Below, piece by piece: positions 49,951 through 62,678 of a stretch of 64,000 nucleotides of DNA. The stretch is from Octopus bimaculoides (Eukaryota). Every line of letters begins with the position of its first letter. Position 1 is the stretch's first letter. Position numbers and translations under genes: made by a program. The stretch is taken from NCBI RefSeq assembly GCF_001194135.2, contig NC_068981.1, positions 95,283,512-95,347,511 of the forward strand, given 5' to 3'. The notes under the pieces are model-generated. The model was not told the DNA's origin, ran no database searches, and was given only the letters and a program-made list of their open reading frames with translations.

Positions 49951-52399
49951 TAAAATGTTTAAAACTATCTCTTCTTATTAAACATGGCAATTCGTTCGAT
50001 CCACCTTCATTCCAACCCTTATAGTCCCACCCTATAAAAATTACTGACTTAGATTAGCTATTCTAAAGAAAGATCATAACTAACACTCCTAAGGCTATCA
50101 CTCTTAACCAAAGGTTAAGCTCTCTTTTGAGTTCTGATTCGAGTCCCCCTTTGCCTTCGTTGCTCGTTTCCTCATTTCTCATCCATTATAAATATGGATA
50201 ATTATCTGAGAAAAAAACAAACTGTTTTTGACTACTTCTCATACAAAATGGCATCCTTTTTCAGTAAATATAAATAATGTTTTAACTAGTAAAAATAACC
50301 TAGAATTGAATAGATTTCCCATTTAAATACAATATAGGAAGAGGGAAGGAAACAGTTTGACTTCAAAAGCTAAATGTTACAATTTAGGAATTGTACAGCA
50401 AACAATGTGAGTAGAATAGAATCGAGATGATCGAAATGTTTACCGGCAACTCTCCTTTTTTTCAACGTTGTTTCCTCATATCACATAACTGCCAGGAGCT
50501 CCAGCGCTTTTGTAAATATTCCAGGGTCTTTATGTTACCAAGGAAAAGTAACATCCTTCTACAAAAATTACTGTTGCTCATTCATCGACAACATAGCCCG
50601 AAGTAATAGTTTATTCGTTAACTTTTTAATGATCTTGAATTAGAAACGTACTGTTGATTCTTTTGGACTTAGTTTAAAGCCAGTTATTCAGAGATGTGTA
50701 GTCACTTGATGTGACTACACAGAGATGTGTAATCACACATTCAGGTGACTTGTAGTCACCTGAATGAGTAAATTAAGTATATAAGGGAGTTCTACGTAGT
50801 CGTTCGATATGCTTCGAAAAAGCAACCATATCTATAAAATCTCACCTGCATTAAAAAAGGGGCACATTTAATTATGCAGTGCATTTAGAAATAAAGACAT
50901 AATGGTCACATTCGGAGCGCCTTAGATCATAGGTCTGATCAAAAAGGGCTCTTATAGGGCTATGTAACAACAAACTCAACAGCAACTTTAGTTATTAGAC
51001 CCAATGTAGTAAATAAAAGAACAAAAAAAAAAAACTCGCTGTTAACTCACCCAGATTTGGAAATCATAACTGATTTAACAGTTACGATTCATGCTTGAAG
51101 CTAATTTATTCTGGTCACCTAAATCATTTAGTTGTTTCAGTCATCAGGAAGCGGCCATACTGGGGCACCACCTTGAAGAATTTCTTGTCAAATGAATCGA
51201 TCCTAGTACTTATTTATTTTGTTCAAGCCTGGTATTTATATTATCGTTCTCTTTTGCTGAACCGCTAAGCCACGGCGACGTAAACACACCAACTCTAGTT
51301 GTCAAGCAGTGTGGTGTAAATCCCCAAAGTGTTACAAGAACGCAACAGTCGACAATAAAACATCCGGACAGATAGACGATACAAAGACGGACAGGGAAAA
51401 TAACAAAAAGACGTACCTATCTAACAAAAACGACAAAAGGAAGCTCCTATCTAAAGGAATTGTTTGCCTATCTTCGATGATACTTGCAATCCAAAAATTG
51501 GGTTATACCATAAGACCTCGGAATTTTTTTTCCTTGGTTCCTTTGACCCATTTTGTGTGTTGTTGGCATCTTGTGCCTCGTTTTTACTATTACTGTTATT
51601 CATTTGGGTTTTGTTTATTTTTTTCCTATCTTTCCATTCCGTTTTGTGTTTTTGTGTTTTTATTGTTATGTGTTTGTTGTTGTTTTTCATATTGTGTGTG
51701 TTTTCTACGTTAGATGCGTGGGTATTAGTATTATTTAGGGTTTCGCCAGGTTTGAACTTGATTTTTTCCTTATACCCGGCCCTAGCTAGTGCTTCATTGT
51801 AGTAAGGTGCATGTATGTTGAATATTGTCTCGTTGGCTGACAGGCGTGATATATACGACGGGCTTCTTTCACTTTCCGCCTTCCAAATCTACTCACAAGG
51901 CTTTGGTCAACCCGAGGCTATATTAGAAGACACTCGACCAAGGTGTCATGCAGTAGGACTGAACTCGGACCCTTCTTATCACACAACCACGCCTGAACTG
52001 TATATTTTCACCGCTCAAAACCTCGATTGATTTCTGATATGTAAGCTTTCACTTTCGATTATCCTGAAGCAATTTCCACTTCCATTAGAGTGTTAATGCT
52101 TTAAAGAACGATATAGCTGTCATAACTTTCAGAAGAAGGTTCAAATACCATCGAATAGGGCTCGAATTAATTCACAACTCAGTTTTGAGAAAGCTCCACA
52201 AAACGTTTATTTCTTTATTTTTAATAAATTAACGACAAATTCTTTTGTCTGAAACCAATATACAGAGTCGCAATTCTTAATCTAGGGAAAATTGTCCTCA
52301 TATCCGGGTAAGCTTTCAAGATTGCAGAGAGAAATATAGGAATATTATCTTTAGGTTGGAAAGATCTTTATCGTTATTCGCACTATTATTTTCCTGAAT

Positions 52400-52960
52400 T
52401 AAATGAGTTCAAATTCCGCCGAGGTCGACTTTGCCTTTAATCCTTCGGAGTCGTTAGAATAAGTACCAGTTGACCTCTGGATTCGATGTAATCGTCAAGC
52501 TCCTTCCCTACAAAATTTCAGGTTTTTTGACTATAGTAGAAAGGATTATTTCCTTAGATTGCGGTTTCGAGCTGGGAGAATTGTAAGCACACCGGACAAA
52601 ATACTTCGTGGCATTTTATCAGTCTTTGTATTTTGAATTCAAACTCTGTCGAGGCCGACCTGTGCGTTTTGTCCTTTTGGGGTTGATAATTTAAGTACCT
52701 GTCAAGCACTGGGGTCGATGTAATCGACTAAATCCCGACCCCGTCAAATTTCAGGCCTTGTGCCTTCAGCAGAAAGAACTATTTTCCTACATTTATTTTT
52801 CTCAATACTGAATTTGGTGGAAAATTGGCGGAGTCATTAGTCGTTGGATAGAATACCTTGCGATATGTGTTCCGACTCTCGGTGTTCTGAGTTAAAATGC
52901 TGCTGGGTCAACCGTACCTTCAGTTCTTTGAAAGTTGATAAAAAAAAAGGGTATTAACCC
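52400..52960 (+). mobile_element. Three consecutive SINE A copies, head to tail
   Basis: The core motif recurs three times in the same orientation. Confidence 0.8.
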
Positions 52961-53424
52961 AAGGTGGTTGATTGACAAAACTGTTAGAGAATCTGGCCAG
53001 GTGCCTTGCGATATCTGTTCCACTCTTGGGGCTGTGATAGCAACGCCTTCAACGATACTGGTGCAAGCTGTATTAGCGTAAGTTGTCCGCCTTTCTTTTG
53101 GAGAAACACCGGTTGCATGGAGGAGGGGAGACTTCTATACTGGAGATAGCTACTAATTTTCCTTTAAGAAAATGTTGCTCATGTCTGCACACATATGTGC
53201 AAATATATGATCAACTTGATCGACAGAGGCCCTAAAATATTGATTTTAAGAATGTTAACGTTTAATTAATACGAGGTCAATCTTCCTAACCAAATATTAG
53301 GCAATAAAATGGGCTGTAGACCAAACTACATTTTTCTCATCATATATGGGAGGGAAATCTTGATAGCGAACTGGTAAACAGGGGAGGGAAGTACTGAAAA
53401 AGTTTAAGACATTCTGGTAAGGAT

Positions 53425-53605
53425 GGAATCTCTATGTGGTCACTCGAACTATTAGAAATAACAGCCAAATCGTCTTCAAATTGCATTCTGATTTCTTTAA
53501 AAAAAAGGACACATTAGATAATGTAGTCTACTATTGGTAAAATACAAACATTACGACCAGAAAGTCTTTGATCTTAGCGCTGACTTGGGGCTAAACAACA
53601 AACAA
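53425..53605 (+). mobile_element. SINE-like family D fragment
   Basis: gtggtcactcgaac.attagaaataacagccaaatc ... ggacacattagataatgtagtc ... ggggctaaacaacaa; related pieces near 1500-1640, 50780-50990 and (minus) 60490-61010. Confidence 0.65.
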
Positions 53606-56239
53606 TCAATATTCTTACAAATTTAAATTTAAATTAGAATAATTTTAAAAAGTTGAATCTGCTGAAATTCAGATTTGATTGTTTTGGGAGATAGCTTATT
53701 ATTATTAGCACTGTTGCCACACAAATGAGTAGACACTGAATTAGCTTAATTTGCATTTAGATTATAAGGCTATTAATTTCCTTCAGTTTTTTTCTGTTTA
53801 ATTTAATCTTTAATTAGGTCTCATATGGTAAAAATATTTATTCCTGCTAGAATATGAAAAGTACGTCACAAGTGAGAGGCGTCAATGTTCCTAACCAAAT
53901 ATTTTGGATAATTAGACTGAAAAATAATTAGGCAAGGTTAGCGAGGGATCAAAGAGACCCATGGCAAATTTTGAATCTTCCGTGTGTAATTTTCCAGGTG
54001 AAAAGGCATTTTCCTTATGCTCTTATAAGTAGCTTTGTGTTAAGTTTACAATAGTTCATCCTAAAGCTATCAGTCTGATAGTTGTTAGTAGTAGAGATGA
54101 GTAATTCATCATGGAGGTTTTGATGTCTAGGAGAAAGAAAGAAAAAAGCAGGAGGTTGTTAAATAATTTCAGCTGTTCATAAACTGCGAAAAAAATATTT
54201 TAAATAACAACAGGTAAAATGGAAACAGGCCGTATTTTTTTTAACGTTGACAACATAAGTTACACTGGATCATCTTCAAAGAACATCCAAGCTTTATTTG
54301 ATTGTCTACAGCAATTGTAACAAGTACATTTCTCCATAAGAACGCCTTCAGTTACGCTCCGCTGGCTATAATATTTCAGTAACATTAAAAAACAAAAGCA
54401 AACAAACAAAAAAGGTCATGGGTATTGTGAGTACGCACTTTGGATGCTTGTCTATAGGAATTATTCTGTAGAAATTACAACAGCACCAGATCATTATTAC
54501 CTAGACAGAGCTCGAAGAGACAATAAAACGCAATTCACATTGAACACGGGACTTACAAACATGCGTGGGATGGAACAAAGAAGTTATATAAAGGCGAGAG
54601 CAGCGGTGAACGACATAATAGAATTAAAGTGGGGAGAAGCTTAAAACATTACAAAAGCATTCGAGTAATTACACTGTTTAAACAAAATAAAACATTAAAA
54701 ACATATAGGATTCTCACCCGCACACGGACGAGAAACCACTGGCTAGGTCGAGTTGGAGCATCCTATGTCTCTATCCACCCGTTTTTATTTATATTACAAC
54801 CCAAAGGTAACCATTAGCATTTTCTGAGTCTTCAAAACATGTCTGTTTCAGTTAATTATAAGTATCTTTTGTTTTTATCAACAAACTGTCCTTTGAGTAT
54901 CTCTTATATTCCAACCCCAATTGCATCTCCGTATTCAGTACATCCTCATTATATTCGTTGCAACGCAAATGTAATAGTTTCTATTAGATCTTCAAAGGTT
55001 GGGGAAATGCAATTTGTTATTCTGAGGAGAGGCATTATTGTCATTCCGAGAAGCATCAATGCTGGTTTGAGGAAAAGTTCTAGCCCATTTGTGTTTTCTG
55101 TTGGTCTCGTTATTCTTTTTGTAATCTTTTACCTGTTGTTTTTTGCATTCTCCCTAAATATTTGGCAAACTTCCCTTGCAATCACTATATTTCCCTCATC
55201 ATGAAAAATGGTTTGGTACGACTGGTTGCTATCGTCAAGGAAATGGTGCCTGATTACTCATTCTAAGCGTTTCTAAGTGACCATTTTCACCATTTCTGGA
55301 GCAGTGAGTTATGGTCCTATGGAAATTGGGGCCTGGTGATCGTATTCCTGCTCTGGTTGCTGTCAGCCGCTTCTTTCTTTCCTCTGGTTTTCTAGTTTTC
55401 CAGTTCTTCAGTAGAAGCCCTCAATAGGTTAGAGATTTTCGTCTCTATCATCAGCCTCATGCCCTTTGTTTTGGTGTCTTCAACTTGGCATAGCTCCGGT
55501 ATGGCCTCGTGGATTTCGGGGGTCATTGGAGCTTGCAAATCTCTCCTCATTCTTCCTGACCTCGTGTTACCTTTTGTCACTTCTGCTCTAACCACTCCCC
55601 ATACAACGGCACAAAGGTGACGACCAGCTATTGGTTCACATGTATTCTAATGTTCCTGTTCGTGATCCTTATCCAAACACTAGAGAACATTAGTATGGTG
55701 TGGAGGTGTGTTTGATTATTTCATCCTGTACTTTGACTGCGTTGTCGATCCGAAGATGCATCCCGTATGCCTTACCCCACTCAATCGGGAGAATACCTTC
55801 TGATATTTCGTGAAGTATTTCCTTCTGCTGCTGTTTTGACGTCAGATGGAAATCAACACTATCGGTCTTAATATCAGTCATTCTCTTCTTTCTTTACTTG
55901 GATTAGATCCTGGAGCAAATAGAATTTTTTGTTTGCTTCTTGTTTGTCTAATGTGTTACTTTGCTTAATTTCCGATTTCATTTTGGGGCGTGGCTCGAAA
56001 TGTTCGAAGCCATGTTTTTGTATGTGGGCTACTCGAAGAAAAAAAAAGAACTTTGTCCACAAAATAAAATCACAAGCCATATTTTTCATTTTGTCAACTC
56101 TGTCGGAGTCGACGCTAAGCTTTCGGGAACTATCTATATGGGAATAGTTTTAGTAAAACTCTTTTTCGCTTAGTAAAATCCTTTGCATCGCAGAGCGGTT
56201 TGAAAAAAACATGTCCGACTAGGTCAGCGCTGAAAAGAT

Positions 56240-56415
56240 AATAGTTTCAAATTTCAGTACAAGGCCAGCAATTTCGGGGGGGGGGGAGCAAGTCGATTAC
56301 ATCGACCATTGTGCTCAAGTGGCACTTATTTTATCGACTCTAAAAGAATGAAAGGCAATGTGGATCTCGGGGGATTTTGAACTCAGCGTGCGAACGATTC
56401 TGTCAGCTCACTACC
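56240..56415 (-). mobile_element. SINE family A
   Basis: Reverse-complement tail, core and head, followed by (AAT)n at 56422-56501. Confidence 0.8.
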
Positions 56416-56434
56416 TTTCTTATAATAATAATAA

Positions 56435-56502
<68 letters not shown>

Positions 56503-56505
<3 letters not shown>

Positions 56506-57100
56506 GGAATATATTCACAGACACGACAGAGCTGCCTATATACACTGGAAGCTATGCCAACACTATGGAATAACAACAGAAAAAAGATGATATAAACACA
56601 CGCCAGAAAAGGTCACAAAAAACGAGAAAGCAACCATACTCTGGGAAATGCCAATACACACAGATAGAGAAATTAAAGCAAATAGACCAGATATAGTTGT
56701 CAAAGATCATGAAGAAAAAAAATGCATTCTAATTGATGTATCAATACCAGCAGATGACAACGTTTCCCTAAAAGAAATGGAAAAACTTTCAAAATACAAA
56801 GACCTGGAAATAGAGGTAACTCGAATGTGGAATCTAAAAACAGAAACAATTCCTATCATAGTAGGTGCCTTAGGTATAATAAAAAAATATTCAGACAAAT
56901 ACATAATAAAAACACCAGGACTTACAAATATATATAACATACAGAAAATTGCATTACTGGGCACTGCACACATCCTACGCAAAACACTTTCAATACAATA
57001 ACCATAAGAGCATCACAGCAAACCACAGCACATACCCAAGGCACACAGAGCTGCGCTTTGTAGTGAAGTGAAAGCACGTTATAAAAATAAAACTACTGAA
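56503..57100 (+). mobile_element. 5'-truncated R4/Dong-like RLE non-LTR retrotransposon
   Basis: YIHRHDR ... NRPDIVVKDHEEKKCILIDVSIP...KEMEKLSKYKDL...IQKIALLGTAHILRKTLSIQ*; one in-frame TGA upstream; flanked by (AAT)n on both sides. Confidence 0.9.
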
Positions 57101-57114
57101 CAATAATAATAATA

Positions 57115-57358
57115 ACAATCCTTTCTACTATAGGCACAATGCTTGAAATTTGAGGGGAGGGGGTCAGTCGATTAGCTCGACCCTAGTAAGCAGCTGGTAC
57201 TTAATTCTTCGACCCCGAAAGGATGAAAGGTAAAGTCGACCTCGGCGGAATTTGAACTCAAAACATAGCGACGGGCGAAATATCGCTAAGCATTTCGTTT
57301 AGCGTGCTAACGACTCTGCCAGCTCAATAATAATAATGATAACAACAACAACAACAAC

Positions 57359-57403
<45 letters not shown>

Positions 57404-57555
57404 CACAACAACAACAATAATAGTGGTTTCAAATTTTGGCACAAGGTCAGAAATTCGGGGGAAAGGTAAGTCGATTACATCGACCTCTGACTTCAACTGC
57501 TACTTACTTCGTTGACTCTGAAAGGATAGAAGATAAAGTCGATCTCGGTGGCATG
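57115..57555 (-). mobile_element. Two SINE A copies joined by an (AAT/AAC)n tract
   Basis: Copies near 57115-57325 and 57421-57555; microsatellite at 57326-57420. Confidence 0.85.
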
Positions 57556-58364
57556 TACAATGATCATAGTAAACAGTGGATATAAATTTAACATATGACA
57601 CTCTCAATAAATAGCTTATAACTACTTCTTTCATATCGTTTGGTAGCTTTATCAGTTCTTCATTTCTTGTACAAAGAATTGAACTTCTTCCCAGTCTTGC
57701 AGATATAACCTCTTACTCACAATTTAGTTTGTCTTTTCTTGCATTTTGCATTGTTTTCAGAAGCCTGCCACACATCGTTTTTATCACTTCCTCGTTGTCG
57801 CAAAACTATGGAATGGGTCTGCTGTTTTAAACAATGGGAGAGAGTCTTCAACTTACTGCTGATTTTTTGAAACCAGCTACGAAGCAATCACTTCTGACAT
57901 TTTGGAGACTGTGACTAGTGATACTCAATAGTACACTTTTGAAATTTCATAGACAGGATGCCATACGATGAGTAGACCTTATCGTCAAAAGTGAATGTGA
58001 ATGTGTATAATATAGAAATTCTTGTCTTGCTGACGGTTACTACATATATGTCTGTGATCTGAGGTTGTTGAGCAAATGACCTTGCCTCTAAGGCGATCCT
58101 GGTGCATGCGCATTTATGTTTTCCACTCTATGTTGGTCTAAGAAATGAAAAGTGAAGTCACTCAGTTTAATACTGGTTGCGTTTGTTTGTATTTGTCAAA
58201 CTTGGAGAGTTTTGGATAGAAGTTTATCAAAACCTTCTCCTTTCGTAAAAATGTTTTTGTTGTTGATAACCCTCTTCATTAAAACACCGTTTTTTTTTTT
58301 CGAACAATACTGAAATTGATGATAGAAAGGAGGGCTTGTGCGTTTGGTTTTGTTTGGTTGTTGC

Positions 58365-58448
<84 letters not shown>
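58365..58448. repeat. (TAT)n microsatellite
   Basis: 28 units, seen directly. Confidence 0.98.
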
Positions 58449-59757
58449 CTGTCAGCTTCCATCTAGCTTGCGAATTTGTTTTCTGTAAGTTTCAGTTTTA
58501 AAAACAACGTTCTCAACTTAGAATAATAAATCTCTCCACGTATATGTGGCTTATATAAGTTGACCATAAAAATTACAAAATTGCAGCTTGTGCACCTTAT
58601 ATCCAAAACCATGGTTATGCCTATCATCGCCATAAAAAGAAACTTCTCTCTCGGTACGATTTGGATAACGCATTGTAGTTTGCTCATGTGCGCACTGACA
58701 CATTCGAGAAATCTAGGCGCTACCTGTCAGTTAGTTAGAATCGGTCTCAATAGGTTTCCTGAGCTTTTGCATCCTTGCTCATATTGGTTATTTACTCACG
58801 ACCTCAGCCAGCGTGTATGATGTATTTCTGGTCTTCCACTTGTAATGAGTAGATGCACGACTTCAGTCGGGACATAAACGGCCATTTGTCTGAATAACTG
58901 CTTCCTCTGCATTCGACGTTCAGAATAATCGAACAACCAATGGAATCTAACAAGATAACCTGTACTCTGAGAGCCAAACTTTTCCGAAACTACATTCTAC
59001 TTGTTCTAGTTGATTAAAGCAGGAATATTCCTTGTAGTCAATCAAAAGATGAGATTTAACTGGAAGTACTTCTTGCACAAAGTTTTCGATACTTCCTTTA
59101 TATGAGTATTTTGTCAATATTTTATGAACTGTAACAGTTCACGGTTGTCCTTTCGGACTACAATAAAGTTAAGACGTATTTGTAGGCTTTGTTTCTTGTG
59201 GTGCTGTTGCGGACGCTCTTGTTGCTGTCTTTACTTATGTTTTTTGTAGCTTTAGTTATTGCTGCTCTTGCTGTTGCTGGAGTTAGCTAACTGGTAGGTT
59301 CTTAGATCTCTTACCTCTCTCTTACAGGACTTTTCCTTCTTGGTGCTAACAACTTTTCATCCTTTGGCGTCTGTATCATCGCTTGACGAGAAGTTGGAGG
59401 TTAGCATATGCTCGTACATGTTTATGTTTATATTGCTCTGATCGAGTAGAGATATATGATCATAGTAATTCCATCCGTGACCATTTTGTATTTTAAAGAG
59501 TATCTGAATTAGAGTAATCAGCCACATAGAGATACCCTCATTAGTGCATGTGATTGCTGCCGATGTTTCAATCATTAGTTACGATGTTACTGTTGCTGCT
59601 ACTTATGCTGTTGTGTTGATACCTTTCCTACCTTTTTGGTGTCAGAAGGCTCTCAGAAGATTAGTGTTACCGTAGATATAGTACAAGAACATTCTATCAT
59701 ATTCGACATCGTACAATGTAGTTGGGTGCATCTGTCGATAGATGCTTCCTATTGTAA

Positions 59758-59990
59758 GGCGGCGAGCTGGCAGAAACGTTAGCACGCCGGGCGAAATGCT
59801 TAGCGGTTTTTTGTCTGCCGTTACGTTCTGAGTTCAAATTCCGCCGAGGTCGACTTTGCTTTTCATCCTTTCGGAGTCGATAAATTAAGTACCAGTTACG
59901 CACTGGGGTCGATGTAATCGACTTAAATCCTTTGTCTGTCCTTGTTTGTCCCCTCTCTGTTTAGCCCCTTGTGGGCAATAAAGAAATAAG
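59758..59990 (+). mobile_element. Near-consensus SINE family A with alternative 3' tail
   Basis: ggcggcgagctggcagaaacgttagc...gagttcaaattcc...core; ends gtttagccccttgtgggcaataaagaaataag. Confidence 0.92.
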
Positions 59991-61427
59991 ATGTTTTTGA
60001 AGTCTGCAATTTCAGTGCAGTCTCTTTAGACGACCTGAAATTGATCACGTCTACACATTCACCCGCTTATCCAGAGTTGGCAGCACATTATTGAAGGTAA
60101 GTTTGGATACTACGTAAGAGGATACGAAGTTAAATTACTTTCTGACATACTGACCAGTAGAGTGTTTCTAAGCTTTGTATTTGTAAAACAATGCCTCTAT
60201 AATAAATTCGTACAGTATCTCTATTGGGACATCCCCCAAAGCAATATTCGCCCCGTTTAAGTATTTTTACAGCGTTCCCGGTGTTCTTATCTATTTTAGT
60301 TTTTCGGCTAACTCACATATATTTTGAAATTTTGCTTTATTTCATACACTGACGTTAAGATATCGTTATTTTTGTGCGCGATGTAGGACGTCACTCGTTT
60401 CATACTTTCTTCCTTGGACACCAAAGAAATATGGACGCAGGATCTTGTTCTGAGAAATAAGCCTTCCGTTTATGATTATTTTTGTTATTTTTTTTGTTTC
60501 TTAATCCCGAGCTGACTCTAGTTGAGCTTCACAAAAGGCATTCCAGCCATAACTATCAAATGTATCCTCTTATATTTGTAAAATGGTACTCTGTGATTTA
60601 AGGTTATTCTGCAATTGTTGTGCTAGTGGTAATAGTAAATCAACTGTCGCTGCTAACAACAGTGATAGAGGAGGTGTTGATAGTGCTAATTCTGCTGTTG
60701 TTGTTGACTAGTCCGATCTCGGTTGTGATAAAGCAGACTTATGATCAAAGTGTTCCAGCCATGGCCATCCTATCTTATTTTCAGACTACATTATCCAGTC
60801 TCTTCTTTTTTTTTAAAGATGTTGAGATCTTAGTTTGAGGAGAATTTTGTCTTTATTTCTAGCTTTGACTCGGTGATTTTGTTTAAACCCGGGTCAGTTC
60901 TGATCGAGTAGTCCTATGATGAAAGGGGTAGCAGCAATAACCATCAATGTCTTTTCAAACGGCGTATCTTGGACTACATTAGCCAACGTATACTTCCATT
61001 TTTAATACGATGATTTGAGAGGTATATTGCTGTTAATTCAGCAAGTTGAGTGACCACGTAATGTCGTCTTCGCCGGCTTGTTGTATTGTTGTTGTTGTTG
61101 CTTGTTGATGGTGTCATTGATTTTAAGAATACTGCTTCTAATGTTATTGCCATGTGTCACGTTCTAGGTGTTGACGATGACGGTACCCTAGTTAATCATC
61201 TGCCTCTGTCACTCTTTGTTTCCTACGCTGTCTTTTTTCAGCGTTTTTCTTTTGCAAATTTAAAAAAAACCCTTTTTTTTTACTGAAATAGAAATAATTT
61301 TCTCTTTCTGCCCCGCTAAAGGGGCGAGGAGAGGAACCGACCATCTCTTTCGGGTAGTGATCAGTTCCCCATCAAAATAAAAAAAAAAAAGAAAGCCACG
61401 AACAACACTCAAACTGAAAGTAATAAT

Positions 61428-61640
61428 GGTTTCAAATTTAGGGACAGGGCTAGTTGTTTTTGAGGGGACGGGGAAGTAGATCGACCCCAATACTTAACTG
61501 GTACTTATTTTATCAACTTCGAAAGGACGAAACGCACAGTCAACCTCGGTGGAAATTGAGCTCAGAACGTAAAGACAAATAAAATGCCTCTAAGCATTTT
61601 GTCCGGAATGCTGATGGTTCGCCAGCTCACCGCCTGGTCT
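61428..61640 (-). mobile_element. SINE family A
   Basis: Reverse-complement copy followed by compound (AAT)(TAC)n(AAT)n at about 61647-61800. Confidence 0.8.
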
Positions 61641-61663
61641 GAAAGTAATAATAATAATAATGA

Positions 61664-61719
<56 letters not shown>

Positions 61720-61749
61720 ATAATAATAATAATAATAATGATAATAATA

Positions 61750-61786
<37 letters not shown>

Positions 61787-61798
61787 TAATAATATAAT

Positions 61799-62673
61799 AA
61801 GAAATTACCAAAAACACATAATGAAAAGAAATATAACAAGTAACTGTAGAATATGTGGAGATCGACAAGAAACAATAAATCATATTATCTCTGGCTGCCC
61901 AGTCCTGGCTAAGAAGGAATATATTCACAGACACGACAGAGCTGGGACCTATATACACTGGAAGCTATGCCAACATTATGGAATNNNNNNNNNNNNNNNN
62001 NNNNNNNNNNNNNNNNNNNNNNNNNNNNNNNNNNNNNNNNNNNNNNNNNNNNNNNNNNNNNNNNNNNNNNNNNNNNNNNNNNNNNNNNNNNNNNNNNNNN
62101 NNNNNNNNNNNNNNNNNNNNNNNNNNNNNNNNNNNNNNNNNNNNNNNNNNNNNNNNNNNNNNNNNNNNNNNNNNNNNNNNNNNNNNNNNNNNNNNNNNNN
62201 NNNNNNNNNNNNNNNNNNNNNNNNNNNNNNNNNNNNNNNNNNNNNNNNNNNNNNNNNNNNNNNNNNNNNNNNNNNNNNNNNNNNNNNNNNNNNNNNNNNN
62301 NNNNNNNNNNNNNNNNNNNNNNNNNNNNNNNNNNNNNNNNNNNNNNNNNNNNNNNNNNNNNNNNNNNNNNNNNNNNNNNNNNNNNNNNNNNNNNNNNNNN
62401 NNNNNNNNNNNNNNNNNNNNNNNNNNNNNNNNNNNNNNNNNNNNNNNNNNNNNNNNNNNNNNNNNNNNNNNNNNNNNNNNNNNNNNNNNNNNNNNNNNNN
62501 NNNNNNNNNNNNNNNCATACAGAAAATTGCACTACTGGGTACTGCACACATTCTACGCAAAACACTTTCAATACAGTAAACATAAGAGCACCACAGCAAA
62601 CCACAGCACATACCCAAGGCGCACAGAGCTGCGCTCGGTAGTGAAGTGAAAGCACGTTATAAAAATAAAACTA

Positions 62674-62678
<5 letters not shown>
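61799..62678 (+). mobile_element. 5'-truncated R4/Dong-like RLE element (spans gap)
   Basis: CRICGDRQETINHIISGC (C-X2-C-X8-H-X4-C), RHDR, and the same C-terminus and 3' UTR as 56503-57100; (AAT)n on both sides (3' tract 62679-62760). Confidence 0.9.
61985..62515. other. Assembly gap
   Basis: Run of N. Confidence 0.99.

Noticed and set aside
61584-61800. N-terminus of the 331-aa ORF
   Set aside because: The poly-T/poly-N stretch is translated (TAC)n and (AAT)n microsatellite fused to the RLE fragment.
61985-62515. Gap (531 N) longer than the 366 bp expected from the sister RLE copy
   Set aside because: Scaffold gap sizes are estimates; an extra insertion cannot be inferred.
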